From assembly GCF_009914755.1 (NCBI RefSeq), contig NC_060927.1: 64,000 bases of DNA; one strand, 5' to 3'. Source of the DNA: the human T2T-CHM13v2.0 reference genome, Homo sapiens. Each line of letters begins with the position of its first letter. The first letter of the stretch is position 1. The translations under genes were made by a program, and so were the position numbers. Shown here one piece after another: positions 32,770-46,957 of this stretch. The notes below the pieces were generated by a model. It worked only from the letters and a program-made list of their open reading frames with translations. It did not search any database and was not told where the DNA came from.

Positions 32770-33343
32770 TGAAAAGTAAAGTAGAGGTGAGTCTTCAAAG
32801 ACTTTCCTCCCCTCTAATTAGGAATAAATAGTAACTTCTCTTAGAAGCAAAATTTATTCAAAGACCTGTGCTAACATTCTTAAAATCTGCTAGCCTTAAT
32901 AAAGAAATCATATGTTCTTAGCTCCCACAATTTAGCCTAAATATTTGCCGTGGTGTGCTTATACTGGTCCAAGCAAGCATTAGGTCATAGCCTGTTCCTC
33001 TTCCTTATTTGAAGGTGTTTTTACCTTTCTCAGCATTCCACAAGTTACTTTCTCCTTCCTTTGTTCTCCTCTGCCTTTGCCTCTTTTAAAAAGTTCTAAG
33101 TTACTAGCCAATCAGGACAAATACAGAATGTGAGGTCCTGTTCCAGCCAATGGAAACCAGACACAGCAGTAGGGCGGATGTGTCAGGTTATAAATGACCC
33201 CGTCTGCTTTGTTCTGTGTATGCTCACGGCAAAACTGCTGGTGAGTGTACCCTTTCTGTAGAAAGTATAAAAATGGCCTTGCTGAGGAAATCAATGTTCA
33301 AGTGCTATTTCTTTACTGCACCAAGGAACAAGCATTTCAAACA
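32770..33343 (+). mobile_element. ERV1 solo LTR (LTR10C-like)
   Basis: TGAAAAGTAAAGTAGAGG ... AAGCATTTCAAACA; two CCAAT boxes and TATAAA; 4-bp TSD GGTG. Confidence 0.8.
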
Positions 33344-36300
33344 GGTGTGAAAGGAAAATATCTTGGGGCCCCCACATCACTAAGCTAAAGGGAAAGTCAA
33401 GCTGGGAACAGCTTAGGGCAACCCAGCCTCCCATTCTATTCAGTCATCCCCCTGCTCACTGAGATAAATGTGTATCTGATTGCCTTCTTTGGAAAGGCTA
33501 ATCAGAAACTCAAAAGAATGTAACCATTTGTCTCTCACCTACTTGTGACCTGGAACCCACCTCCCTGTCCCACTTTTGCTTCAAGTTGTCCACCTTTCTG
33601 GGCCAAATCAATGTTCATCTTACATATGTTGATTGATGTCTCATGTCTCCCTAAAACGTATGACCACCTTGGCACATGTCATCAGGACCTCCTGAGGCTG
33701 TGTCACAGGTGTGCATCTTCAATCTTGGAAAAGTAAACTTTCTAAATTAACTGAGACTTGTCTCAGATTTGGGGGGGTTCACATTTTGGTAACCATGGAG
33801 GGATTCTGAGTGGAGATGCCCCTGACCTTTGACAGATCTACTGGTCCTTGGTAGCAGCATGAGCTAACCTTACGGCTCAAACCAATAGGACAATTTGCTG
33901 AGGTCTGGGAGCACACCCTCCAGAGAATCCTTGATCTCCCCAAATTTGGTCAAGATCTAGAGTTTATTTTTCTGTACAACTCCCCCCCACCTTTTTTTTG
34001 GAGTTTTATTTGCTTCCAACAAGGAAGGCAAGATTTCCTCTTTCCATGACGATAGAAGGCAGACAACTCCTTCAGGGAGCTTGAGCTCACTCCCAGCAGG
34101 GAAGATGAATTCGAGTTTTTTCCTGCTTTTAGGATGACAAAAAGCAGTCTTCAGCCTGAGACCCATCCCTAGGTAAGTAGCTGAGTTGGGTTTTTGTCTT
34201 GGCTAAAGTTTAACAACCAGCTGGTCTGAATTTCTCCTTTACCATTAGAGTGCTCAGTGATCATATTGTTGGGGTTTTGTTGTTGTTGTTGTTTGTTCTG
34301 GTTGCTTTCCCATCAGATTTGACCTACTCTTCCAGACTTGGTCCAATCTGAGTGAGAATTCCAAATTACGGGTAACAAAGCCTTTCTAATCTGGCCAAAA
34401 TTTCTCACAGCTAAAACAAACAAACAAAACAACAACAACAACAACAAAAACATGCACTTGCTTTCTGTGTTTGCTTCCTGTCTTAAAAAAAAAATATTTA
34501 TTTCATTTACTTTTCTTCTACCCTATACCTCCTTCCCCCTTTGCCATCTGCAGTACCAAAAAAATCTAGAGAAGGCTTCTAATGACTTGAACCCCTTTAA
34601 AGAATTCAGAACAAAGGGGCCACTCACCCCTTTTGGAGTGTTGTGTTTTCTCTGTGAAGTTTCAAGAGTCGTGGGCGGATTCTTCTTACATCTAAAGCTC
34701 TGTTTTCCTGTATTGCATGACCTGACCTCTTTGGCTTTGGGGGAACCAGAGATGACCTTGCACTGTGAGAGGATTTGACCTTGGAGCATGTAATGGCAGA
34801 CGAGAACTACAAAGTTACGGGTGGCTGAGCACAGTTTACAGGAAGTGGTCTTGGCTGGTTTCTTTTCTTTTCTCTTCTCTCCTAGGAAATTGTTGTTTAA
34901 GGATCCTAATTCTAGTTCGGAGATGCATTCTAAAGGGTCTTATCTATTGCTTTTTCTCCCATAATTAATCTCAATTGTGTTTGTCTGTGTGCATTTGTCT
35001 GAGGAACTGAACTGTTGTTTTCATAGGCAAATGAGAAACTGAGTTTTCTGAGCTCCAAAGAGAAAGGACATTTGCTCTTTCCAGCGAAAGGCGTCCCTGG
35101 GTGACCAGGGGCCTCGTGGGAGCGTCTGGGGAGTTGACCCCCTGCAACATGCAGTGGCCCTGCAGGGAAATCCCCAGAAAAATTTAATTTTAAAAATGGG
35201 TCATCCAGGAAATGCATATAAGGGCTGATCACCTGGCATTTTGAGCCCTCTCAGAGGACATAGACCTCTGGAGAGAGAAGCTGAGATGCATAAGAGGCTG
35301 GAAACAACTCAGTGATGACACACTGTGGAGTCCTGCCCACAAGCAGCTCACATCGATCCATGCACAAAAACCCTAGGCCACAGCTCAATTCTTCCTTTTA
35401 AGAAAAAAAAAAAGAAGCAGGAAACAATCTGAGAATGAGGAGAAAACAAGGAGAATGACCCCCTTTAGAGCACCTTATTGGTTTTATGGCACCTCTATTT
35501 GCCAGAGTAAAATGGAAGTAATACAGTCTTTGTGCAAATTTACATTGAGGAAAAAGAGCCCTAAGGTCAACCTGCAAATTCTAGAGTTCCTAGTCCGTTT
35601 TTCTCTATTTTCCTTTCTGCCATGCTTTAAGTCTGCTGTTATTTTTCCACTGAGATAAAACCACTGTTTGGGTCTAATAGTTTTTTGGGTTTTTCTTGCA
35701 AGCTGGCAAATTTGTATTTATCTCATGGCTAAAGTACTGGAGTAAAAGTTATAGAATCTGTATGTGTGTATGTGTGTATGTACATGTACACATGTATGTA
35801 TTTGAAGGCCTTTATGATAGATGTCTATAATTTTATGTCCAATTGTTAATTAAATTCATTTTAATTTCCCTCCAGCTCACCAGACTTTCACTTTGTACCT
35901 TACGAGGTAAATTTTGCTGTCTGACTTTTATGTGAGTTGTTTCCTTTAATATGCAAATTTAAGACTATTAGCTGACAAGAAGAAAAAGAAGACCCTTTAG
36001 AATGCATCTCTGAACTAGAATTAGGATCCTTAAACAACAATTTCCTAGGAGAGAAAAGAAGAATGAACAAGGAGAGTTTGGAGGTTAAAAGCAAGATGGA
36101 GTCAGTTAGGCAAATCTTTTTCACGTCTCTGTTATAATTTTGCAATGATGGTTCCATAACTTTAAATGATGACTATCACAGTTTTCATAAATCATCTAAA
36201 ACAATTAAAATAATTAGGTGAATGTAATACTTGTAGACAAACTCATAATTTAGAATCTAAAGTTATATTAAATTAAGTAATAGATATTTCATTATATGGG

Positions 36301-36462
36301 TATTTTCCAATAAAAATATATTTGTAAGAAAACATTCTTTTTAAAAAGTGTGTCATTTTTAAAAAGATGAATAGTTTTTGTCTAATTCAAAGCTTATTTA
36401 AAGGTCATGTTTAAAACAATATAAAAGGAACCAGGAAAATAAAAGAGATGTAAAGAAAGTTA

Positions 36463-36876
<414 letters not shown>

Positions 36877-37554
36877 TTAAGAAAGAGGGATGTTCAGGAC
36901 AAACCAGAAAGTCCAAGCATGTCATGAACAGTCTGTGTAAGTCACAATAAGAGGATTTATTTTAAAAAAACCTATATGATCAAGTTGTCATATTATTATT
37001 AAGTTTTGGTTTGCTTAGGGAAAAAACTGAGATTAAATTTTTTTTTTAAGTTAAGGTTATTACACCCATATGTCTCTCTGTATGAGGTTTTAAAGTACTT
37101 GTGACATTTAGTTACAGGGCTTTGACTCCTGGGTGTAAAAAAGATACCAAGTCCTGCTAAAGTTTAAACACTGACAGCAATTAAAATCCCATCTTTAGTC
37201 TCGGTAGAAAATGCCAATCAAAATAAACTGCATTCCTGAAACACAGGGCCAAAAATTCAAGTCATTCAACTTTCTCAGGAAAGGGGCATGTGAGATTGTA
37301 AGAGCCAATGTTGAGAGATAAAATAAGTTCAGTTTCTCTATAAATTAATCATTAATGTCAAAGGCACACTGATGCAAGACCAGCATATGAGCCCATGTCA
37401 AATTAACAAGGTTTTTATGAAATATTAACCAACTCCTAAGTAAAGGTTATAAAGGTTATGAAAGGCTTATGGAAGTTATAGCTTATGGTCAAGATTAAAA
37501 TTTTATAGATTGTTTATAAAATTTTAGAGAACAAATTTAATTGGCTTCCTGCTG

Positions 37555-37865
<311 letters not shown>

Positions 37866-40800
37866 AGCTTCCTGCTGTTGTTACTAGGGCTTATTGTTTG
37901 GAAAATTAGCTCTCTTTTCTCAAAGAGAAGGTTTTTGCCTTTTTTTTAAATCCTTGAGTTATCACTTTGGTCAAATGAATGACTTATTTTACAATAACCT
38001 GTGATATCAAGTGTTCTAAACCTTTGATATTTGATAACCTTTCCAAAATCAAATTATAAATTATGTCTTTTTCTGCTTGAATTAATCCTTTAAGATATTA
38101 GGTTTCCTGAAGTCCAAAATGACATAATTTGGCTTATTTGGTATAAAAATCATACAGGAAACTTTGTCAAATATGAAATGGTGTTTGGCTTTCTTTGGGC
38201 TGTATTTATATAAATATGTTATTGGTATGTGTTCCAAAATCATGGGAAACTCCTATAATTTTGATATGACTTAATGTACATTATCAGTAATAATTATAAT
38301 TGTTATGTTAAATTGTTGCTGCCACAGAGATAAGTTTCTTTGTCAGTTGTGTCTTTGACTGTGGCTGCCTTAAAACCTTTTGTCATCCACAAACAATTGT
38401 CTTGTTTTGGTCCTCCTTAGAAAGTGGTTTTATAATCAACTATAGAACTCTAACAGGTGTTCCTAGATGCAAGTTTCTGATAACTTTGGAGATTGGAACA
38501 TTAGAATAGAGAAAAAAACTTTCAGGACTCTCATGGAGAACTGAAATGTTCATGAATGTCAGAACAAAAGCTAACTGCGTGAGCTGATCTAATAAAAGAC
38601 TAAAGTAATCTTTTAAACTTTTTGCTTAAAATGTTGCTGATCCTTTGTTTTGTTTTTCAGATACAAGAAAACGTCTTTTAAGCTATTTACAGCTTTTAAC
38701 AATTGAGTGAAGTATACTTCTATGAACAAAATTTAGACCATATTTGTTTCTGTCAACCTGATTTCTCCAAAATTTGGGAACTATGTGTGAGTATTCTTAT
38801 GACAATACAGTTATTTGCATAAGTGCAATAAGAATCTGTTTTCATTTGTAACAGGACACAATTGGAGAAACTGGTTATTTTACTAAAGTTTTGACTGGAA
38901 TGGTGTGCTTTCCTTTAAGGATTCAAAATTGACTTATGGAGGCAATAAAAGCCCATTGGATAAACTGCTGTGATACCTTTGTCTACACAGCCATTGTAAA
39001 GGGTTCCTGATGTGTCATAAGTAAAGAATGTCACTTTCTGACAGGCCCAGGAGCCCCAAGTTTATCTTGGAACCTCAAGAGGAAAGGATCACTCAACTCA
39101 TAGGTACCTGATGGCACAAATCCATAGCTGGGCTCAGCTTTAAAAAAATGTCTTATCTGAGATTCCTTCTATGGAACAAAGTTCCATCAAAGCCAATTTA
39201 AAAGCCTATGTAAAAAAATAATTACTCTGGCTGCATTGTATACAAATAATTAGGCCAAGTATAGTAAAGCAAACCAGTCCTACCATGATTTTTCTTTAGT
39301 ACAAACGGGAAACTGAAGAGAGAAACATTATGATTCAAAACTATAGTACAGCAGTTGTTAGATTCTAGTCTTGCCTAACGTTTCTTGATTTTTATTATTT
39401 TTTAAAGTTTGAACTGAATTCTAATTTTTCTTGGCTCCAAGTCTTCAAAGTAATTTTTGTTACTTTGTTTTCAATTTTTTTCTTCTTCTTTTCCCATTTT
39501 TCCTAATTTGGAGTCACTGAAAACTGAGCTGTGCTTTCATAAAGCCCCACAAACTGAAGCTAGACAACCTTCAGAAGAAAATAATAGCAACCTTATTTAC
39601 ATACATTAGCCACTTTCATACCTACCTACTGATGTATAAACTTCAGAGTAATGTGGCCTATATCGATTTTCCAGGATTGTTCTTTTGTTTGTTGTTGTTT
39701 TTCTACCTTCTTCCCCCTGTTTTCTCTTCAAAGGACATGAGACTTCACAACCTTCTAAATATGAGCTTTCCTAATAACTTGGGACCTACCTATCTAGGAA
39801 TAAACCATCCTAGCCATGAGACACCAGATGAAACCTGGGACGAGGGACTCATTTTCTCCTAAAATGCTTTCTCCAAAAGATTTTAAAAAGAAAAGGAGGG
39901 AAACGTGAAAGGAAGATAAATCTTGGGGTCCCAAAATCACTAAGCTAAGGGAAGAGTCAAGCTGGGAACTGCTTAGGGCCAACCTGCCTCCCGTTCTGTT
40001 CAAAGTCATCCCTCTGCTCACTGAGAAAAATGCATATCTAATTGCCTCCTTTGGAAAGGCTAATCAGAAACTCAAAAGAGTGCAATTGTTTGTCTCTCAT
40101 CTACCCGTGACCTGGAAGCCCCCTCCCTGTCCTGCTTTTGCCTCCAGTTGTCCTACCTTTCTGGGCCAAACCAATGTTCATTTTACATATGTTGATTGCT
40201 TCTCATGTCTCTCTAAAATGTATAAAACCAAGCTGTGCTCTGACCACCTTGGGCACATGTCGTCAGGACCGCTTGAGGCAGTGTTACAGGTGCACATCCT
40301 CAACCTTCGCAAAATAAACTTTCTGAATTAACTGAGAGACCTGTCTGAGATTTTGGGGGTTCATGGAGGGAAATGAGGCACCTGAGATTTTGGGGGTTTA
40401 TGGAGGGAAATGAAGCATGTATGTAAGCTAAATGAATCATTAGAAGTCCTGTAAGTCTTCTAAAAGAGGGACAAATAAATGTCATCAGAGTTCTAATAAG
40501 GGTTCAGGATAGGCTTTGTAGAAGAGGTAGTATCCTGAAAGATTCTCAGTCAGAATGAAGTACCCTAAAAGAGGCCCCTGACCTGAGAGATCATGGTGTT
40601 CTCTCCTGTCTGTTTGCCTGCTAGCTCACACTCTCCTCCAATACCAGCTGAATTTAATCATTCCCAGCCCCTCCCTTGCTGGATCTGGCCCTGCCCGGGG
40701 TCTGAATGCCCCTGGTCTTCTCTGCCCTCAGTATTAAGTGCTCAGTGTTAATTCAGGACAGTGCAGGTTAAATCCTGCCCTTAGGCAGCCACCTCCAAGT

Positions 40801-42094
40801 CCTCACAGAGCCAGCGTGCAGCCTGCTTTGCTGAGTTCTGCTGGGCGATAGGGAATAAAAACACTGTCTACTGCCCCAAACCCCACAGTCTTCTGTTTGT
40901 TTTGATGCAATTGAATTTTATTAAAGTTTTGTGGGGTTTTTTTTTTTGGCTGGAAATCATACCCTTAATCTGTAGAATTTTATAGGTATTGAGTAGCTTT
41001 TTCTGGAATTGACAGCAAAGGAAAGAAGCCCAGTATATTATTCTATGCTGCTTCTAAAACGAAGCTGTGGTGCTCAGAATCTAGTGTGTTGAAAAGAGCC
41101 TTTGACAGCTGATCTTAACGTGACTGTAATGCTGAAATCTGTGGATGAATGAGAACTGGAGGAGCTGCCTTTTCCTTGCAGTGAATGAGCAAGTAAAACA
41201 AGTGCTTGACCTCAAGGGAAAAAGATGGAGAGTATCAGGCATCCCCACCCACTTTCTATCACTTAACTCTTACGTATTCATTAATTGAGTGTTTGTTTAA
41301 GCACAAGCATTTTGTGCATGGGTATGGGTTGTCTGTAAATTTAAGCAATGTTCTTTTGAGGTAACTAGGATCTTGGAAGAGGGAACAATATGAGGATATT
41401 TGATTAAAAAAAAAAACACCTCTGCCCATCCTGCCCTAAGCTACAGCAACCCATGCAATTTATTCATTCATTCAGTTTGCACTGATTGAGTCCTTATAAT
41501 ATCTCACTGATTGTGCTATATTCTTAGAGTGGAATCATAAATCAATGCAGGCTCCCTGTTTGCAATAATACTACAATTTAGCAATAAATGGTTCATTTCT
41601 ATGTACCAGCCACTGTGACAAGTGCCCTCTATGCATTATTTCACTTACTTTTGCAACAATTCTAAAAGTAGCCTAAGATTATTCCCATTTGCAACTGAAC
41701 ACATTGACAGTTAGCAGGTTCAAATAACTTTCCCACAACAATACAACCAGGAAGTGGCAAAGACAGATCCCACCCAAGTCTGTCCTACTCCAAATGCTTT
41801 GGGTTAAGCACACCACCAATTGTTCTGAGGTTCTTTCTTTGAAGAAAGGGATTTTTAAAATCCCAGTTTCTGTAGCTATTTGGAGTACAGTTTTTTTTTT
41901 CCTTTTTCTAGAGTTACAGGAACTCAGCATGGAGTACAGAATTTTTTATAATCAGCTGGGCATCATTCATGTGGATAATCCAACAGAAGCTGGAATGGCT
42001 TTGTTACACAGAAATTTCATTCAATTAGTACAATACAGGTGGCAATTTCTGATGTCTTCAATGAGGAAAAGTTATAGGTTCTGGTTGATTATAT

Positions 42095-44405
42095 TGATAT
42101 GTTTTGGCTGTGTCCCTACCCAAATATCATCTTGAACTGTAGCTCCCATAATTCCCATGTGTTGTGGGAGGGACCTGGTGGGGGAAAATTGAATCATGAG
42201 GGTAGTTTCCCCCATACTTTTCTCGTGGTAGTGAATAAGTTTCTCCCATACTTCTCTCTTGGTAGTGAATAAAAACTGATGGTTTTACAAGGGGAAACCC
42301 CTTTTGCTTGGCTTTCATCCTCTCTCTTGTCTGCCACCATGTAAGACGTGCCTTTTGCCTTCTGCCATGATTGTGAGGCCTCCCCAGCCATGTGGAACTG
42401 TGAGTCCATTAAACCTCTTTTTCTTTATAAATTACTCAGTCTTGGGTATGCCTTTATCAGCAGCAAGAAAACAGACTAATACAGTAAATTGGTACTGGTA
42501 GAGTGGGGCACTGCTGTCAGGGTACCTGAAAATGTGGAAGCAACTTTGGAACTGGGTAACAGGCAGAGGTTAGAACAGTTTGGAGGGCTCAGAAGAAGAC
42601 AGGAAAAATGTGAAAAAGTTTGGAACTTCCTAGAGACTTGTTAAATGGCTTTGGCCAAAATTCTGACAATGATATGGACAATGAAATCCAGGCTGAGGTG
42701 GTCTTAGATGGAGATGAGGCACTTGGGAACTGGAGTAAAGGTGACTCTTGTTATGTTTTAGCAAAGAGACTGGCAGCATTTTGCCCCTGCCCTAGAGATT
42801 TGTGGAACTTTGAACTTGAGTGAGATGGTTTAGGATATCTGGCAGAAGAAATTTCTAAGTAGCAAAGCATTCAAAGTGTGACTTGGGTGCTGTTAAAAGC
42901 ATTCAGTTTTAAAAGGGAAACAGAACATAAAAGTTTGGAAAATTTGCAGCCTGACGCAATACAAAAGAAAAACGCATTTTCTGAGGAGAAATTCAAGCTG
43001 GCTGCAGAAATTTGCATAAGTAATGAAGAGCCAGATTGCCAAGATGATAGAGAAAATGTCTCCAGGGTATGTCAAAGACCTTTGTGGCAGCCCCCTCCCA
43101 TCACAGGCCTATAGGCCTAGAAGGAGAAAATGTTTGCGTGGCCTGGGCCCAGGGGCCCCCTGCTGTGTGCATCTTAGGGACTTGGCACCCTACGTCCCAG
43201 CTGCTCTAGCCATGGCTAAAAGGTGCCAAGGTACACCTCAGGCTGCGGCTTCAGAGGGTGCAAACTCTAAGACTTGGCAGCTTCCATGTGGTGTTGAGCC
43301 TGTGGGTGCACAGAAGTCAAGAATTGAGGATTGGGAACCTCCACCTAGATTTCAGAGGAGGTATGGAAATAACTGGAGGTCCAGGCAGAATTTTATTGCA
43401 GGGCTGGGACCCTCACAGAGAACCTCTGCTAGGGCAGTGAAGAAGGGAAATGTGGGGTTGAAGCCTCCACACAAAGTCCCCACTAGGTTACTGCCTAGTG
43501 CGGCTGTGAGAGGAGGGCCACCGTCCTCCAGCCCCCAGAATGGTAGGTCCACTGACAGCTTGCACCATGTGCCTGGAAAAGTCACAGACACTCAATGCCA
43601 GCCCATGATAGCAGCCAGGAGGGAGGGTGTACCCTGCAAAGCCACAGGGGCAGAGCTGCCCAAGACCATGGGAACCCACCTCTTGCATCAGCATGACCTG
43701 GATGTGAGACATGGAGTCAAAGGAGCTTTAAGATTTGGCTGCCCTGCTGGATTTTGGACTTTCATGGAACCTTTGGCCCCTTCGTTTTGACCCATTTCTC
43801 CCATTTGGAATGGGTATATTTATCCAATGCCTGTACCTCCATTGTATCTAGGAAGTAACTAACTTGCTTTTTGTTTTTTAGGCTCATAAGTGGAAGAGAC
43901 TTGCCTTATCTCGGGTAAGACTTTGGACTGTGGACTTTTGAGTTAATGCTGAAATGAGTGAAGACTTTGGGAAACTGTTGGGAAGGCATGATTGGTTTTG
44001 AAATGTGAAGACATGAGATTTGGAAGGGGCCAGGAGTGGAATGATATGGTTTGACTCTGTCCCCACCCAAATCTCATCTTGAATTATAGCTACCATAATT
44101 CCTATGTGTTGTGGAAGGGACCCAGTGGGAGATAATTGAATTGTTGAGGTGGTTCCCCCCGTAGTTTTCACATGCTAGTGAATAAGTCTCATGAGATCTA
44201 ATGGTTTTACAAGGGGAAACCCCTTTCACTTGGCTTTCGTTCTCTCTCTTGCCTGCCACCATGTAAGATGTGCCTTTTGCCTTCTGCCATAATTGTGAGG
44301 CCTCTCCAGCCATGTGGAACTGTGAGTCCATTAAACCTCTTTTTCTTTATAAATTACTCATTCTTGGGTATGCCTTTATCAGCAATAAGGAAATGGATGA
44401 ATACA
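42095..44405 (+). mobile_element. Full-length THE1 (MaLR) element: LTR 42095-42483, internal 42484-44041, LTR 44042-44405
   Basis: TGATATG..TAATACA LTRs; internal region starts GTAAATTGGTACTGG; TSD TATAT/CATAT. Confidence 0.92.
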
Positions 44406-44424
44406 CATATAAACTTTGAAAGAT

Positions 44425-45402
44425 GGCCAAGCATAGTAGTTCATGCCTGTAATCTCAACACTTTGGGAGAACAAGATGGGAGGATCACTTGACCCTAGGA
44501 GTTCAAGACCAGCCTAGGCAAACAGCAAGACCTTGTTTCTACAAAAATTTAAAAGTTAGCCAGGCAAGGTTGTGGCAGGCCAGGTCTCCATAATGGCTGA
44601 ACAGGTAGGCCTCCATAACAACTGTTTCAGCACTGACTGAGTGGTTAGGTTAAATATTAAAAGCTGATAGCATCAGTGCCCTATACAAAGGCTTGAATGT
44701 AACAAAAGCCCACCAAGAGTTTTGCCTAGGCCTTTCCTGGGCCTTAAAGCATGACAAAATAATGAAGGAATTCTTAACAGGACCCATTTAGGATTAAACA
44801 AGTTTTATTGTGGATCTTAAGGAACTCCCCAGACCTTCACAAACAAGCTTTACTGGGGACTAAAGGAACTCCCCAAAACCCTGTGATTTAGCAGGACACA
44901 AGATAAGGGTAATCACCCCAGCACCTTCACCCATTTAGATTAAATGAATTTACGAAGGCTCCAAAGGAAGGCCTTCAGGACTCAGATCTTAGTTATAGAT
45001 TAGAAGAAGTTAATCACTTACTTATGTCTTTAGATGAATGCACACGTACACATAGACATATAGCTTAGAAGGTATATAAGCTCTGGAAAACTTTGTAATT
45101 TTGAATTGTTCTGGTGATATTTTCCAGACCTCCCTGTACCCAGTTACAGCAATAAACTCCCTTCTTTCCCAGTTCATCTGCATCTCATTACTGGGCCGCA
45201 AGAATAAGCAGCCCGACCCTCAGTTTGGTCTGGGAACAAGGTGAGGTGTGCCTGACTATAGTCCCAGCTACTCAGGAGACTGAGACAGGAGGATCCCTTG
45301 AGCCCACGAGTTTGAGGCTGCAGTGAGGTATGATTGTACCACTACACTCCAGCCCGGACAACATAGCAAGACCCCATTTCTAAATAAATAAATAAACAAA
45401 CA
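44425..45402 (+). mobile_element. AluJ split by an LTR
   Basis: Left part 44425-44570; right arm resumes at 45239. Confidence 0.88.
44571..45238 (+). mobile_element. ERV1 solo LTR (LTR15-like) inserted in AluJ
   Basis: TGTGGCAGGCCAGGTCTC ... GGGAACA termini; TSD AGGT; TATATAA and AATAAA present. Confidence 0.8.
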
Positions 45403-45824
45403 ATTTTGAAAGACAAAATATGTAGTGAGATTCTCAATCCCTAAAACTGATTTGATTTTCTGAACTTCAAATTCTATTTTTTTCAAAGAATATCTAATGT
45501 ATTACAACAAGCTGTTTTAAAAAACAAGATACAAAACCACATGCTTATTTTGCCTAATTCTTTTTCCAATTATTTTCCCAATGAATACATATTACTTTTT
45601 ATTTATCCCTATTGCTACCAGGGACAGAGCCTGCTATTTCAAAAAGAAAATCTAATTGCAAAGCTGCTGCCTCTCTGTTTTGGGTTAACAGCACCTCTTT
45701 CCAAAGGCCTATTCACGCCTCCCCAACCTCCTCCCTTTCTACCAGGCCTTACCCATGGCTCAAATTTTCTTCTGCTGACCGCTCTCAGTGACAGCCCACA
45801 TGTTCAAGTTCAGCTGTCTCTCAC

Positions 45825-45990
45825 CTTAGCTGGCAGGTGCCTCAGCACTATCAGCATGCAGGATCCTCTCCAGGCAAGTGACCAGCCGGATCCTCTTAAT
45901 TCTCAGTTGACAGGGCGTATTGACACCCCTGGAAACCTTTTCCAGGCTTTCTGTGTATTCTTTCAATGCTTGCCTTTAGCTGAGAATGGA
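45825..45990 (-). other. BDH1: Probable distal alternative non-coding first exon of BDH1 (5' end approximate)
   Basis: Consensus donor AAG|GTGAGA at 45824 in unique sequence; promoter-like motifs immediately upstream; agrees with my unverified recollection of a distal BDH1 TSS. Confidence 0.55.
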
Positions 45991-46019
45991 AATTCTCACA
46001 TATGTGTGACAAGTACAGT

Positions 46020-46105
46020 GGGGGTCAGCGGGGGGTGGGCCTTGGGATGTTTTTGTGTTTGTCCTTGCACAGGCAAAGTTCAACAGCTTTGTAACTGTTT
46101 GTTTT
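46020..46105. promoter_or_regulatory. Candidate distal promoter: DR1 (HNF4/PPAR-RXR), forkhead-like and GC/GT boxes
   Basis: CAGGCA-A-AGTTCA at 46070-46082, TGTTTGT at ~46056, GGGGGTGGGC at 46031. Confidence 0.5.
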
Positions 46106-46957
46106 AAGCTTAAAATGTCTGTGAGTTTGGCCTTCTGACAAGCAGAGGATCAAGGACAGATGCTGCTGCTTAGGAATACATTAAAAATCAATGATGCCAA
46201 AGGGCAGCTCCCACCAACTCCATCTTTAGCTCTCCCTGCCAGGTATGTGTGGGCATAAATTAGCAAGGAACCGGCCTGAACAGGATGAGAAATCTTCAGA
46301 GACTGCCCTGAGCATAACCCAGAATCAGGACCTGAGAAAGATTTCAAAATGGCCAAGTGGTTTTTAGATAGGGCCATTTCCAAGAAGAGGCTGGAGACTC
46401 AGGGAGGAGTTACAGTTTGAATCTGAAGGCAGATTCAAGAAGGTGGGGCCAAAGCCATACCCCTTGAATGTCACAGTGGAGGTAAGGAAGAGTATGTCTG
46501 AAATACAGGAGATACCATAGGACGTCTCTCAGTATTCCCATGCCCTGTGATTAAAGTCAGTGGAAAATTACAACAACCCAATCCAGGCAGAACTACTAAT
46601 GACCCCAGACCCTTTAGGAACGAGGGTTCTGGTCACCTCACCAGGCAACGATCCATGGCCACTCAGGTGCTTGCTGAGGGCAAAGGGAATATGGAATGAG
46701 TAGTGAAATAAGATAGTTATCAATACCAGCCACAACTACATGACCAGGTATAAAAACCAGAACTGTAATTGTCATGAGTGTTTCTTCCTTATTTTGTTAT
46801 GAATATGTTAGTGTGCGTATAGCACCTTTGTTTTCTTCCCTTTCGTATTCATTTATCGTGTAACATAAGATGCATTACTTTATCTCATAGAATTTAATAT
46901 TGCTAACTTTACATCATAGTGTTTAAGTTACAGGATCTCAAATAAGTAAATATCACC

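Noticed and set aside
43023-43790. 255-aa ORF
   Set aside because: Lies within the THE1 internal region; remnant of the degenerate MaLR ORF with no evidence of domestication
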